Source: Guillardia theta CCMP2712
Lineage: Eukaryota; Protista; Cryptophyta
DNA length: 64,000 nucleotides
Reading direction: 5' to 3'
Assembly: GCF_000315625.1 (NCBI RefSeq)
Contig: NW_005434564.1
Coordinates: 169,849-233,848 of the forward strand
In this document: positions 27,340 through 41,100 of the stretch, in pieces
How the letters are laid out: each line of letters starts with the position of its first letter
Position numbering within the stretch: the stretch's first letter is position 1
The notes under the pieces: generated by a model
What the model was told of the DNA's origin: nothing
The model's database searches: none
Seen by the model: only the letters and a program-made list of their open reading frames with translations
Program-made: the position numbers and the translations under genes

Positions 27340-30300
27340 TCGTGTCATTACGTCTTGTGACCGTCGGGTTCATCGGGTCTGAAGACTCCGTTAAGCGAGT
27401 ACAATTCCTTTATCTGAGTTATGGGGTACCTGCAGGTTTTGGTGCATCATTTCCTGCAGCCTCTTCACAGCAGGAAGAAACGTTGCGGAGACAAGACAAG
27501 ATCGTAGCTGCGGAGGAATTCATCAGATATGTGACAACTTATATCTGACAACCTTGCCTATTTGCAACCAAGATGCTCCCACCAGGAAGGGCTGTGACCA
27601 TGTAATGTGAAACGCATTCTTAACGGCACCTTGCCACATGGCGATGCAGAATGCTGTTGCAGCAGATCTCGGAGATTATCCGAAAATAGAAGAGGAAGGC
27701 CGTGGGGTTCAAAGCTCACAGCCCGTCGAAAGAAGCAAGAATCGACAAATACGAATCTTTGTGAACTGGAATGGCGAACTTGAGATGATCTTCTTTGATC
27801 CCACGAGGCTGGTTTCAGAGCTTGCAAAAGAAGTTAGAAGGTATGGTTGGCAAGGGTCTGTTGTCGGTTGTTAGTGATATACATTCTGTAGCGCGCCACA
27901 AATTCCCAGTCACCACAAGTTCTTCATCTACAAAGGACTGCTGCTTGTGCCATTCGTCAGGATCGGCCAAACGATTCAGAATGATGGTGAGACCTATATC
28001 ATCTCATCATTGCTCACAGTGACGCTGATAGGCTGCCTGTTACATCTTGTGCTCAACGAGGATCAGTACTTGGGCAAGCCTCTGCATGTCAAGTCCCTTA
28101 TGGGGACGATGGTGCTCATATCCTGCTGGTCAGAGATGTTTCTTACACATTTGAACCACCAGCGGAGCATCATGTGCGGCCCTGACTTTTACATCGAAGA
28201 TGTGAAAGAGGAAATCTCCTGCATACAGGTCCATCCCCCTAGTCGATCCCTCACCGTCACTGCCCTGGATAACGGCTTGCAACAGGGCGAGCTTCCCCCG
28301 GAATCTCAGCGCCTCGTGTTTGCAGGTAGAGAACTGCAAGATCAGGTCAGTGCGTCTTTCATCGACTGCCACGTGAAGTCGAGACTCCTCCTAGCACACC
28401 TTACGGGAGTACAACATACAAAAACCGTCGGTGCTGCTCGCAGTGGGCCCAGCAGGTATACCATCCTTCCGCCCATCATGTGTATCTTGCTTCATACTAT
28501 CGCTCGCCTCCTTCCTCCTCGTGGCTGTCGGGTGACTGCTCCCAGCGGGGGGACGAAGCGTGGAGCAGTTTGTTGACAGCATCTCGCCAAGAAAAGATGA
28601 GATGGAGGTTACGGCAGTTGCTGCTCTTCCCCCCTCCCTTCCCTCAACGCTGCCAAAGAAACTACCATGCTCTACTACCGTCTTCTCTCCCTCTCTCACT
28701 CTTCACCTTCCCATCCTCCCGTCCTCCCCTTCATCATGCTATACAGGTCGACCCGGGGGCTTCCATCGTAGCAGTCAAGTTTCTATCGGAGGACCGCGCG
28801 AACTCGTTCTGGGGGAAGGTGAGAGGAGATACGGGGAGTTCAGACGGTTGACGTAGACTAGATCCATGGGGTTCCCGACCTGGCGACAGTGAGCAAGATG
28901 TTGATCAGAGGTGAACGTGAACGTGAAGAGGAAACCTTGTCGGGGAGGTGACTGGATTGACTTTCAGTGATTGAGCGGGGATGTGTGGATCGCGAGCTGG
29001 AAGGGCGAATCAGCGTCGACCTTCAAGACTGCATTGTGAGGCTTTGAGTGGAGATTTGGCAAATTCCAACTTTGTTCATTGTTGCAATGGTGTCGATGAT
29101 TGCGGTGGAATGACATGTAGACTATCGTTGAGATGCTTTTCAGGTGGTCTGGACTGCAAAGAGCCATCTGCAGGTTGTTTGACAAAACATCTGCCGGAGG
29201 GTTTTGATTGGTTTGCTTCACAGCCTTGCAGACAATACACTGTTATGCTCAACCATGAGAACTTCAAGAATGCCATTCCCTTCATTCACAAGAAGAGCAA
29301 GGTAACATGTGCTGTCAAGCAAGGAAAGGGGAAGTGACAGCTGCTTTCGATTGTACAGGAACCCGTACATGGATCGATATCATGGAACTTCTTTACATCC
29401 GGGTACAGCCCGTTGAGATTGACAGGTATTCGCAAGAGAGAAGGGGAAAGGAGGAGGGAGGGAGGGTTTGAATGGAAGGGAAGGCAGGAAATTGATTCGA
29501 GAAGGGAGGTAGCTGTGTGTCGTAAGCTGATCATTACTGTTTCAGCTATCTTTCCAAGACCAAGTTCAAGGGTGACAGTGGAGTCTGCGGTCATCGTGGT
29601 AGGAGGAGGAGGACGAGGAGGAGTGGAGGAAGACGAGGACGAGGACGAGGATGGGGAGGAAAGGGGCGAGTTGAACATGACTTTCACCTTGGAAAGATCA
29701 AATTTGACCGAGAGATCCACATGGGGGAGCACGTCAATCAGTGGGTTGCAGGTAATGCTGATGGAGGAGCGAGGGAGGACAGGGCAGGACAGGACAGGAC
29801 AGGACAGGGCAGGACAGGACAGGGCAGGACAGGAGAGGTGAGGTGAGGTGAGGAAATGACGATGAAGTAGTTCGAGGACACGAGCTGGCGCATCCTTACT
29901 ACGACAGAGAGAGCCTCGTTCGTCCTTCTCTCCTCCTGTGCTCGCTTTTTTCTGACTGCAGGACGACAGTCTCTTGTCTTCGGCTTCAAATCCCCTCCTG
30001 CTCCTAACGAGATCTGCCGCGTCCGCATCCGAGAGTTCTACGCAGCTTCTTCTTCGCTTTACTCGGTTCGTTCATTTCTTCCGTTTCGTGCTTGAACGAG
30101 TCTCGATGATTGACAGGAAGCAAACTTGGCGTCAAGTGGAGTGGCCCGCTCTGTTCGATTGTACCGGTAGGCCATCTACATGTAACATCTACTTGTGGAC
30201 TTTTTGTTTCTCCTCTCCTGCTTCTGCTTGTTTGTCCCACTGCCTTCCTCCTCTCAGTTGTTGCTCCTGCATCCGTTGGAAAGCTTTTCTCTTGACCCTC

Positions 30301-31397
30301 ACGATTTCTTCGATTTTCATAGAGAGCAAGTGATGAAAGAGTTCTCAACTCCTCAGGTGAGGCGTTGCTGCTTTCTCACCCATCCCTGCCACATCGTCTC
30401 TCCTCCTCCTCTCCTCTCCTCTCCTCTCCTCTCCCTCCTTTCCCTCCTCTCCCTCATCTCAGCAGTGGAAGCAGAGGGGCGAGACGGTGCAAGCGATCAA
30501 CTCAGAGACGTTGACTCCGGGGAGGTGAGGGAGCAGAACGGCAGCTGGACTTTGACTAGACGTTTAAGGATACGACGCGACGACGGGAGAAGGAACGACG
30601 CGCTCAACTGGCTGATACCATCCAACATACTCTTCTTAGGTGAGGTGCTGGTGGGAAGGGAGGAAGCAGACCAGCGGGAGGGATGGAGATGGAAGAGCGA
30701 TCGAGGGCTAGACATGATGTGATGGGGAGGAGCTGAGGGAGGGTCAGAGAGGAGGAGGGAGGGAGGGGCTCAACAGGAGGAGGGAGGGGCTCAACAGGAG
30801 GAGGGAGGGGCTCAACAGGAGGAGGGAGGGGCTCAACAGGAGGAGGAGGAGAGGAAGGAGGAGCGTCTGACTGACGTGAAGGTCTGGTGGGTTCTATCGA
30901 TGAGATGACAAGCGCTACCGGCATCACCAACAGCCAACGTGTTGGGCAGCAGCACGTGACTCCTGCAGCCCCTGCCGGCCCCTCCCTTGAGGTCTCGCCC
31001 TCTCCTCGTCTCCTTTACTTCCTCCCCACGGCCCTGCTCCTCTCCCTCACCCTCCTTCCCCTCTTCCCTTCCCTCCCCTTCCCTTCCCTCTTCCCTTCCC
31101 TCCCCTTCCCTTCCCTTCCCTTCCCTCCCTTTCCCTTCCCTCTTCCCTTCCCTCTCCTTCCCTTCCCTCTTCCCTTCCCTCTCCTTCCCTTCCCTCTTCC
31201 CTTCCCTCTCCTTCCCTTCCCTCTCCTTTCGATCTGCATCCTTCTACTCCCACTTTCATCTGCAGCTACCATCCCCTTGCCGCAGGCTGACCCGTGCTTC
31301 CCTGCTGCAGCAGGAGAAGCCAGTCGAGGAGTCAGGGCACGGAAGGGGGAGGGGGAACGAGCGGCAGGAGGAGAGAAACGTAGAGTGGTCGTTCTGA
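27340..31397 (+). CDS. Protein with two ubiquitin-like domains followed by Ig-like (Big_5/SbsA-like) repeats (many short exons; ends uncertain)
   Basis: Ubl2 reads LHVKSLMGT..EDVKEEI..GELPPESQRLVFAGRELQDQ|HTLREYNIQK; a degenerate Ubl1 reads IRIFV..LVSELAKEV..FFIYKG. Ig-like segments: VDSISP..VDPGASIVAVKF..QPCRQYTVML..SWNFFT and AIFPRPSSRV..IVIKFDREI. Confidence 0.55.
30761..30844 (+). repeat. 21-bp tandem repeat x4 (GGGAGGGGCTCAACAGGAGGA), intronic
   Basis: Four consecutive copies are visible. Confidence 0.9.
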
Positions 31398-31665
31398 GAG
31401 ATCAGCTGGGGAAGACAAGCAAGTTCATTGCAGTCGGTGTAAAGACAAGTAAAAGAAAAACAATCAAGTGGCAGCTGAGAAAAAAAAACATCTTGACACC
31501 GTGCAGGCGGGAGCCAGGTGGGGCCGATGACAAGGAAAGAATATGGAAGATCGAGCTGGGCTATGAGCTGGAGAGTTTCACCCTGCAGCGCCGAACAATC
31601 TTGACAAGCGTCCGCGCGTCTCCTGTCGCTCTTTCCAGCAGCTGCTGCTGCTGCAGGGTAGCCAG

Positions 31666-34643
31666 TCAGTGAGGGTCCGGCACAAGGACGCTCTTCTGTA
31701 CGGTGAACTCGACATAGAGGATGGGAGAAGAGGGAGGAGAGGGAGGAGGAGGAGAGAGGACAGGAGGAGGAGGAGGAGAACGCTGCTTGGCTGCCCACAG
31801 GAACTCTCCGCTGCCCGCCTGGACTCCCCCAAACGCCGTCATGCCTGGCAAGTCCGTCGAGAAGTGAACATTGGCAGTGAGGAAATCCTGAGGGGGGAGA
31901 GGAGGAGGAGGGAGGAGGGCGGAGGGAGGGAGGGATGTGTAGGGCGAGGAGGAAGAAGAGCTCCAGTCCGGCCGGGCAGGAGAGTCCTGCGCTTTTCGTG
32001 CTCGATGTTGGTCGGGAGGAGGAGGATAGGAGGCAGGAAGTTCCTGCCATCTCCCTCGTTCTTCTCTCACGGGAACGAGACGGTCACATGGCTCCCAGCC
32101 CCTAGAGAAGAATGGTGAGGAAGAGGAGGAGGAAGGGGAGGAGGAGACAGAGGAGAGGAGGAAGGGGAGGAGGAGACAGAGGAGAGTACGAAGGAGAGGG
32201 AAGAGGTGAGCAGAAGGAGGCGATGGAGAGGGAGAAGGAGGAGGAGACGACTAAGCGGTCGGGGATGACAATCACCTTGAGGTACCAAACTGGGAGACCC
32301 ACTGGACTCTGCCGTTCTATACAAGAAGAAATTAGGAGGAGGGGAGAGATAAACGATCAAGTTTGAAGACGAGATGGTGGTGTAGAGGAGGAGGAGGAGG
32401 AGAAGAAGCAGCAGCAGCAGCAGCAGCAGCAGCAGGTAATGGGGGTCATGTTGACCTGGATTGCGGCATCTCGGGAGGAGAAGACCCCCTTGACACGCCA
32501 TGAGGAAGTGACCTGAGGAACGTCAGTCGAAAGAAGAAAGAGGGGGAGGGAGAAGGGCAGGAGGAAACACAGGAGCACTGGAGTAGCAGCAGAAACAGCA
32601 GCAGCACTGGAGGATAGGAGGAGGGGGAAGGAAGATGGAAGAGGAGGGGAAGGGAGAAGGGGAGAGGGGAGAGGGGAGGAACAGGAGGAAGAGGAGGAAG
32701 AGGAGGGCTTTCGTCTAACCGCATGCTGTCTGATCCATTCACAGGCAGTTGAGAGGGTCATTCGAGTCTCCAGCAGGACCCAGCACGAGCCTTGCTGGGA
32801 CTGATGCTCCGAGGAGGAGGATACAGCCGCTGCGGCGTGCTCGGGTACGAAACGAGAGAGGAAGGGAGACGAAGGAAGGAGAGAGACTTGAGCGGCAGGA
32901 GGAGGAGGAAGCTTCTCAGTCTCGGGAGGAAGAGCTGCTTCGTCCCATGCCCCCCACGCCATCTGGTGGCTCTCCTGCGAGCTTCGCATGGCAGTGACGC
33001 CCGTGCGACACTTGACCTGGTCAAGCCGATGAGAAATGAGAGAAGGGAAGGAGGAGATAGGACGAGAGGATGGGGTACTGGAGAGAAGAGGCAGTGGAAT
33101 ACTGGCCACGAACATTCTGAGCAGCAGCAGCACCAGCAGCAGCAGCACCACCACCACCACCACCACCACCAGCAGCAGCAGCACCGGCAGGAGTAACAAA
33201 CCTTGAGATGTCCCACTCTTCCACACAGGCTGCACCTCTCAGTCCTCTTGGGACAATCCTGCAGCCAAAGTATAAGGAAGAGAATTAGCATGAGCAGGAG
33301 ATAGAGGAGGAGGAGGGGAAGGGAGGATAAAAAGGAGCAGGAGCAGGAGCAGGAGCAGGAGATAGAGGAGCAGGAGATAGAGGAGCAGGAGCAGAAGGAG
33401 AGGAGCAGGAGGGGCAGGAGAGAGAGAAGGAGGAGATAGAGGAGGAGGAGAAGCAGCAGAAGGTCGACCTTCTTAGAGTGTCGAACAGAACCGCATACAT
33501 GGCATTGGGGAGGAAGACTGCAGACGGCGCTAGTGTGTCTGCATCTGCCGTGAGCGAGAGAGGAGAGGGAGGAGGAAGAAGTACCCCTGCTTGCCGCAGT
33601 TGTCGCAGAACCGGATCCAGGAGGAGGAGGAGGAGGAGGACTTTGCTTCAACTCCTCGCCCTCCACTGGAACGGCTTGCCCGTCCTGGAATGAGAGGTAA
33701 GGACAGGAGGCGACGGAGCAGAAGGAGCAGAAGGTCAAGGAAAGGAAGAGAATGAGGAGGAGGAGGGGGAGGAAGAGGGGGAAAGGAAGAGAATGAGGAG
33801 GAGGAGGGGGAGGAAGAGGGGAAGAAGAGGGAGAAGGAGGAGGAGGAGGGGAAGGAGGGAGGGGGAGGAGGGAGAAGGAGGAGGAGGAGGGGGAAGAGGA
33901 GGGGGAGGAGGAGGGGAAGAGGAGGGGAGGAGGAGGGGGAAGAGGAGGGGGAGGGAGAGGGAGAGGGAGGAGGAGGAGGTGAAAGTTGGTACAAAACTCA
34001 CCTCGTAAAGGTGCCACGCCGTGCTCAAGAGTTAGCTGTAAAGTCGTAGAGGAGGGCGTGAGAGGAAGACAAAAGAAAGGATGGAGAGATGAGGAGGACG
34101 AAGAGCAGCGTGTGCCGAGAACAGGGAGAGAGGAGAGAGGAGAGAGGAAGGAGGAAGGCACGGACCTGATCTGTCGCTTCTTGTGCTGCAGCAGGAAGCG
34201 TCTTTCCGCTTGCTTCCGCCTGCCCCACTGCTGCTGCTGTCGCGTGCAGAGACGAGGAGAGAAAAGATGCCTCCTGCTCTGCCACGAGCCGGATGTCCTT
34301 TCCTCCCGGCCGGTTGCGAAGCTCAAAGATCTGAAGAGAATCTCAGGGGAGGGGGAGGAATGAACCAGGGGAAGAGAGTGTGTGAAGAGGAAGGGGAGGA
34401 GGCGTGAATGGGCAGAGCGGGAGGCACGTGTGGCGCAGGAGGAGGGAGAGAGGGGAAGAACCGCATGAGTGAAGCAGCAGGGGGAGGAGCAGAGTGAGGA
34501 GCAGGATGAGCAGGAGCAAGAGGACGGAGAGAAGGAGCAGGGGCAGGAGCAGGGGCAGGAGCAGGAGCAGGGGCAGGAGCAGGAGCAGGGGCAGGAGCAG
34601 GAGCAGGGGCAGGAGCAGGAGCAGGGGCAGGAGCAGCAGCTAC

Positions 34644-34677
<34 letters not shown>

Positions 34678-35091
34678 AGAGCAGGGGCAGGAGCAGGGGC
34701 AGGGGCAGGAGCAGGAGCAGGAGCAGGAGCAGGGGCAGGGGCAGGAGCAGGAGCAGGAGCAGGAGGAACTTTCAGGACCTCCGGGTGCTTCGAGAGGAAG
34801 TTGGCGAGCTTGCCGTGCTTGGTTCTTATCTCTGCCATCAGCCGCTGCCATTCCTCGGGCCCAACGTCGCGGCTGCCCCAGCTGCAGGTCGGTCAGAGCT
34901 GGAGATGGAGCTGAGAATCTCTTGCCGGAGAGACACCCCGACCACGGAGGGCTTGCGCTGCATCATGTGAGCTGCCTGCTGGCTGAGTCAGTCGGGAGTA
35001 TGGCAGACAGATGGGATGAGCAAGATGAAGGAGAGGGGACGAGAAAGTGGACGAAGATGGCGATGCGAAGAGGAAGAGGAAGGAGAGCAGG

Positions 35092-35131
<40 letters not shown>

Positions 35132-36313
35132 GACCTTTGGCATGTTGGTGATGTCCACCCAGTCCTTCCCCTCCGAGCTCTTGAGGTGACGCAGAAGCGC
35201 CTTGATCAGCTCGATCACCTGCTCCTCCGGCGTCTTCACCCCTCCTTGCGCCACCATCGGGGAGCCGGAAGGGGGGTGCCTTCCCAGCTGCCCGTAACCC
35301 CCCGCGAACAGCTGGGGGGAGGCGAGCTGGGGGTTGTGCTGGGCAGCAGGTGGGGCGGGAGCCTCGGTCTCATCGTGCCGCAGGCGGACGCAGAAGTTGT
35401 TCTCGAAGGTGTCGAGGGCGAAGGTGGAGGGGAAGCGGGAGATGAAGTTCGTTAGCTTCTCCCTCCAGCTGCCCTTCTTGAGCTTCTTGTTGAGCTTCTG
35501 CAGGGAGACGCCCGAGCCCTTGACGATGGCGGAGCAGGCCTCGTTGATCTGCCTGGGGGTGGTGATGTCCACCCACTCCCTCCCCCTCAGGAAGTCCTGC
35601 AGCGCCCTGACGATCTTGCGGTCTAGCTCGGACTCTTGCTCGTGCCCTCCTGCTCCTCCTCCTGCTGGTGCTCCGGCGGTCTCTCCTCCGGCCGCCGCTC
35701 CTCCAGCCTCGACGACTTCTCCTATCCCTCCCGTCACAGCAGGCGAACAAACTCCTGACATCCTTCCTTCGGCTCCTCCTCCTCCTCCTCCTCCTCCTGA
35801 TCGTCCTGCCGCTTCGCCAGGCCCTCCGCTCCTCCCGTAGATTCTTCTCCCCATGAAGAACTTCGACTGAACGTCAGGAGGTGACAGAGGACCGGCCTGC
35901 GACGAGGCCCCCTGGTAAGCTGGCAAGGTCACTAGGGCGGGCCAACCCTGTTGTCCACCCGCATGAAGCCACGGGGCAGGAGGAGGAGGGTCAATTGAGT
36001 GAGACACTCGAGCCTCCTCGGCATAGGGAGGGGGCTGAACGTGCTTGGGGTCCTGACTCATTGACGAGAGGCAGGGGACAAGGAGGTCAGAGGCATGGCA
36101 GGCGGCAGGGGGTAGTTGGAGCCTCTTCGAGGGAAGCTCCGCCCTGTACGCCCCCTCAAACCTGAGCAAAGACAGGGTCGCACATCCCTCCTCCACCTTG
36201 CAGTCGCTCTCGCCCTCTCCTCCTCGTCCCTCCTCCTTGCCCGTCAAGAAGCCTGCTCCGATCTCGCTTTCGGATCCAATATGATTTGCAACTCCCGGCG
36301 TAAAACAGGTCAA
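31666..36313 (-). CDS. Putative RNA-binding protein: two LOTUS/OST-HTH-like winged-helix repeats plus three CCHC zinc knuckles (ends approximate)
   Basis: Two repeats, EWVDIT..KLTNFISRFPSTFAL..CVRL and DWVDIT..HGKLANFLSKHPE|IFELR..DIRL. Spliced knuckles CDNCGKQG|HTSAVC, CHVCGSVRHSKK|DC and CSLCGRVGHLK|VKC. Confidence 0.65.
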
Positions 36314-38154
36314 CCCGTCCTATCCTTGCAGATCCGACCGATCGATCTCAACAGGCCCACACAAGAAACCCTGTCGTCTTGAGTGGAAAGAATCCGTGAC
36401 TTGGATAAGGCGCCACCGTCTCGCTGTCGATGATAGAGTTTGAGGTGTTCGGGACCTTCGTGAAAGAATCACGCAACAAGACCAAGAAGAAGACTCTTGT
36501 CAGTGTCAGACTGTTCTGAGTACCATCTCGACGTCTTCGTTTCTCTTCAACATGATCTCCGATATGGTCTCTGATGTTTCAGAGTTTCTCCCTCCCCTCC
36601 CAGCCCTCCCAACAATCCCACGAAAACCTCGAAGGCAACGCTCCAGGAGCTAGACAGGATGAGCCGGACACTCCAGGGGCGCAACAGGCAAGTCGAGGAG
36701 CCTGGTGACGGGGGCTTGTGCAGGAGGAGGGAGAGACGGGAACTGCTCTGCTCTCCTTCCTCCTCCTCCTACGCGCTTCTGACGGCTCCTTGCGCCATGG
36801 CGGGCAAGAATCCTGTCATATTCCCACCCTAAAAATATTTTTGGAGTATAAACAAGTATGAGCAATACAACCACGGTATAAGGGAGGAATAGTATCACTA
36901 CCCCCTTGAAAAACATTAAATAAGGGGGTACTTGCTCTGAGTGTCAAGGCTTCTGTTATACATTCTTATACATTCTTTACACAGTTTCTGGGGCAGCGAT
37001 TTTCTTCTCCTAATGATCTGGCTAATCTGAATGAATAGAACGAAGATGTCTTCAATATGTGAGTATTGTACAACCCCGAGGCGCACTTGTGAAAAAATAT
37101 TGAGTAATATTTTATTACGGGTCAGGTATCGGGTATGAGGGGTATGAATCAAAACGGCTCATTCCCCGGTCACGGCGCACAGTGACAGGCTGCCGGCTCC
37201 GTCGGATCGCACTCAGCGGCCATGATGAATCGGCGGCCGGGCCGGCGCCGCCGGGGGCCCGGGCCCGGCGGGGGAGCCTGCCAGTGGGCCACCGGCGTGG
37301 CCCAGGAGGGCCCCGCCGCGCCGGGGAGTGGCCCGAGGGGGCTATCTCCGAGCCCGGACCGAGGTGGCGCGCCGCGCCCTCAGCCTGGCAGAGGATGAGG
37401 CTCTCTCCGGGCCGGGGCCCCTCCAGAGGCTCTAGCCGCAGCCTCAGCGAGTCACGGAGGTCCCAAGGATACGTGACTAGCCTCGGATGATAACCGTCGA
37501 GCCTCAGCCTGGCCGCCGGGAGCCGCCGCCCGCCGCCCCCCCGCGACCGGGCCGGGGCCCCCGCCCGGTCAACCTGCGGTCCGAGTCACTGTGCCGCGGT
37601 CGCCGATACGCCGGATGAAGAACGTGTTACGCACGAGACAATGTTGCATGGTCCGCCAATTACACCAGTCATGTTCTAATTACAAAGAACACAGGAACGA
37701 AGTTAAGATGCAGATTACAAACCATCACATGTACTCAGTATCTGTTGCTAAACTTCAGAGCAACCGACGTCCACACACCTCAGCTCGAATTGGTGCTTCT
37801 CAGAACCGTCGTGATGGTATCAGACGTACTCCGAGTCAGGCTCCCCAGGCAGGCGGTATCCATTTGTGTTGCTGAATCTTGCTGAAACTGACATCATTTG
37901 AAACAGACACTTCTGGTACAATTCCTTAATTTAGAACGGTGTTTCTGCCAAAACATTCAGAACTGTGTCTGATGATTTCAAATCTTAGGGGCACAATGAT
38001 ATATCAATCCGAGTGATTCAGCCCGGGCCGCATGAAAGTTCAGACGGTAGCTCAGTCACTCGGAGAAGGTCACGAGCAGAAGAAAAGAATATTTCTCCTT
38101 TAATCAATTCACGCGTCCCAGTGACTCCTGCCGTCTTGCTCACCGTCTCCTCCC

Positions 38155-41100
38155 TCACCCTCGTTTCACGCTCTGCCTCTTGTTCGCCTCCACAACCTTC
38201 TTCCCCTTCCCCGTCTTGGACGAACTGGCCACCCCCTTAGACACAAGCTTCCCAGAGTTCTTCTTAGTCAGCTGCCCCTTGCCGTTAGCAACTCCCTCCT
38301 TCTTCTTCTTCTTGGCCTCTGCATCTTGCTCTCCACCCCCGCTCCCTGCCCCGAGCTCAAACTCCATGATGTCCTCTCCCGACCTGCGGCATGACGGTCA
38401 GCTCGCCAGCAGCGGGCCCGGCGGCATCACTCACGCTCTCTTAATCTCAGGATGCAGCAGCTCCAACTCGTTCAGCGCCGCGTCCAGCCGGACCCTGGAA
38501 GGATCGTACATCTCCAGTATCGCCTGCCCTTCAGTCATGGCACGACCAGTCGGTCAGGACCATTGTCACCTCGCAGAACAGCCTCCCCATGTCCAGGTAG
38601 TCCTCGAGCTGCATTCCAGCATTAGCGGCTCACAATAGGCAGCTGGGCGTTACGTTGAAGTGGATCGGAGGGCGGACAGAAGGATCCTCGCCGAAGTCTC
38701 CGCCGCCTTTACAACCGAAGTGAAGGAGGGCAGGAGCAAGAGCAGTGAGGAGAAAGAGGAGGAGGGAGGAGGAGGGAGGAGGAGGAGGAGGAGGAGGAGG
38801 AGAGAGTAAAGAGAGCAGGAGCAGGAGGGTCAGAGGCCTCGTACCGAGAGACATCTCCAGCGTGTAGCTGTTAGGGATGGCAAATTCCCGCCAGACTACA
38901 ACTCTGCTCAAAATATCAGGAAGTAGGGAGAGGGGCAGTAAGGAAAAGAGAAGGAGAAAAGGAGAGGGGAACAGAAGGGAGGGTGGGAACGGAACATTGT
39001 GGGAAAAGACAAAATCAGGAGGAACCTTGCCGCTGACTCCTTGTATTTCTGGACTTTGAAGTTGCAGTCGTCGTAGCTGAACATGAGGCTCTCGTTGTGC
39101 AGGAGGTAGGGGAAGACCTGGACGAGCGACGAGGTTATGAGAGGAGGGAGGAGAGAAAGAGATGAGAGGAACGAGGGAGCTGATGAGACCAAGACGACAA
39201 GGAAGACACAGAAAGTCACGGAGAGTCTCTCACCCTCTCCTTGAGACGCAACGCTGTTTGCTTCGATGTGCACCCGTACATGAACATGTTACATTTCCGT
39301 GAATGACCTGCACGGAAGCAGGGTCAGCTGAGGTGAGCTGAGGTGAGGTCGGGGATTCACCATGAATATCGCAGAAGATGGCGACGTCGCGAGCGGCTTC
39401 ACGCTGAGTCAGCGCGACTGATATCTAAGTCAACCGCCTCACCTTTGGTGTATCGGATGATCTGCTTGAACGAGTGCACCGTCGGATGGAGCACTGAGCA
39501 GGTCGCGTCAGATGGAAGGGAACAAGAAGGGGAGAGCAACGAGGGGAGGGAAGGGGAGGAGAGGAGGGAGGGAGGGAGGGAGGGAGGGAGGGAGGGAGGG
39601 AGGGGCACTGCTCAACTGACCTCGACAAGGGTTCTGCCACTGGCGGTTCAAATCATGTCCTGACAAGGAACAGCTGCGGAGATAGAGTTAGGATGCAGTG
39701 AGGCAACGAGAGCGACTGACCGATACTGCCCGTTGATCACACCATCGGGGTTGAGCATGGGAACGACTTTGAAGATGAAGTTCTCCCGCAAGATCCGCGC
39801 GCGGGCACAGGAGCCGCACAGGAACTCAAGGAAGCTTGCAAGTACATGTCAGGCACATCGGCCTCGAGGAGAAGTAGCTCACCCGTGCATAGTCCAGGAC
39901 GCACAAGTCTCGCCAGGATGGACCCGGGCGGATACACTGCAAGGATGATAAATGAGAGAGGGGAGGACAGGACAGAGTCTTGGGACCAGATGGCTCGACG
40001 ACGGGAAATAACCTCAGGCGGGCTCATGAAGTTCGTGATGGTCAGCATGGGGCACTTGTTTCCAATCTGAGAGGGCAGGAGAAGTCATTGAAGAGCGCCA
40101 CAGTGACGAGGAAAGGAGGAGAGCAAGAGGGGAGGAGAGCGGGAGAGCAGGAGAGCAGAAGGAAAAGAGGAAAGGAGAGCAGCAGGAGAAGAGGGGAGGA
40201 GAAGGGAGGATGGGTTGGGAGGAGAGTGCAAGTGCAAGAGAAGAATAGGATGAAGGGAAGCAGTGAAGTTACCAGAGTGTCGCACATCGTCGAGACCTTG
40301 ACGATGCGAGAAGCGTTGGGTCGAGCCAGCAGCTCGGCAATGAGATGAGACAAGTCGGTATAGCTGTTAACAAATGCCAGTCAAACCTTCCGAAGGGGAG
40401 AGCAAGCATGACGAACCTGTACGGATAACAATGCGCCAGGTAGCAGACATCGTTGCCGTGGGGGAAGACAAGGGTAAAGGTCAGCGTGTAGTAGGACTGC
40501 CCAGTCTCTGTCTCGTAATGGTTCTCGTAGTATGCTATCCTCTCCCCCACTCGCCTCCACCCAACGCCCCTGCAACGTGGCGTCAAGATCGCCAGCAGAG
40601 CATCGCAGGCCTACCTTGAAGCCTCGGTAACTGAGAAGAGCGATGGGCGCATGCCGACGTTACACAAGGAGTCGGGCTGAGGCAGAGCCACAAGGTCAGG
40701 CAGGGGGCGAGAGAAAACAAACTATGAGGAAGACCTTGACGAAGTTGACGATGTTCAGCTTGTACTCTACACCGGCTTCCATGTTGGTCACAGCGAAGTA
40801 GTACCACTACAGAAGCCTTTCATGTCGCGTCATCCGCCACCAAGAGTCATTACCTGCGTGTTGCCGCCACTCTGAGAGGCCTTGGTGTTGATGTCCGGCA
40901 TCAGGTACAAGTCGTACTCGTACTCGTGCACCTGATCACGAGGCTTCAGTCCCTTCCTTGCGACTCATCGCAGCCAGACCTGTATGACTCGTCCGAGGTT
41001 TCCGCCTTCGAACCTGGAGTCAAACAAGAGAGTCTTCGAGTTGATCTCAGATGTCACGGACTGAGGATGCTTCCCACTCGCCTTCTCCCCCACCATCTCC

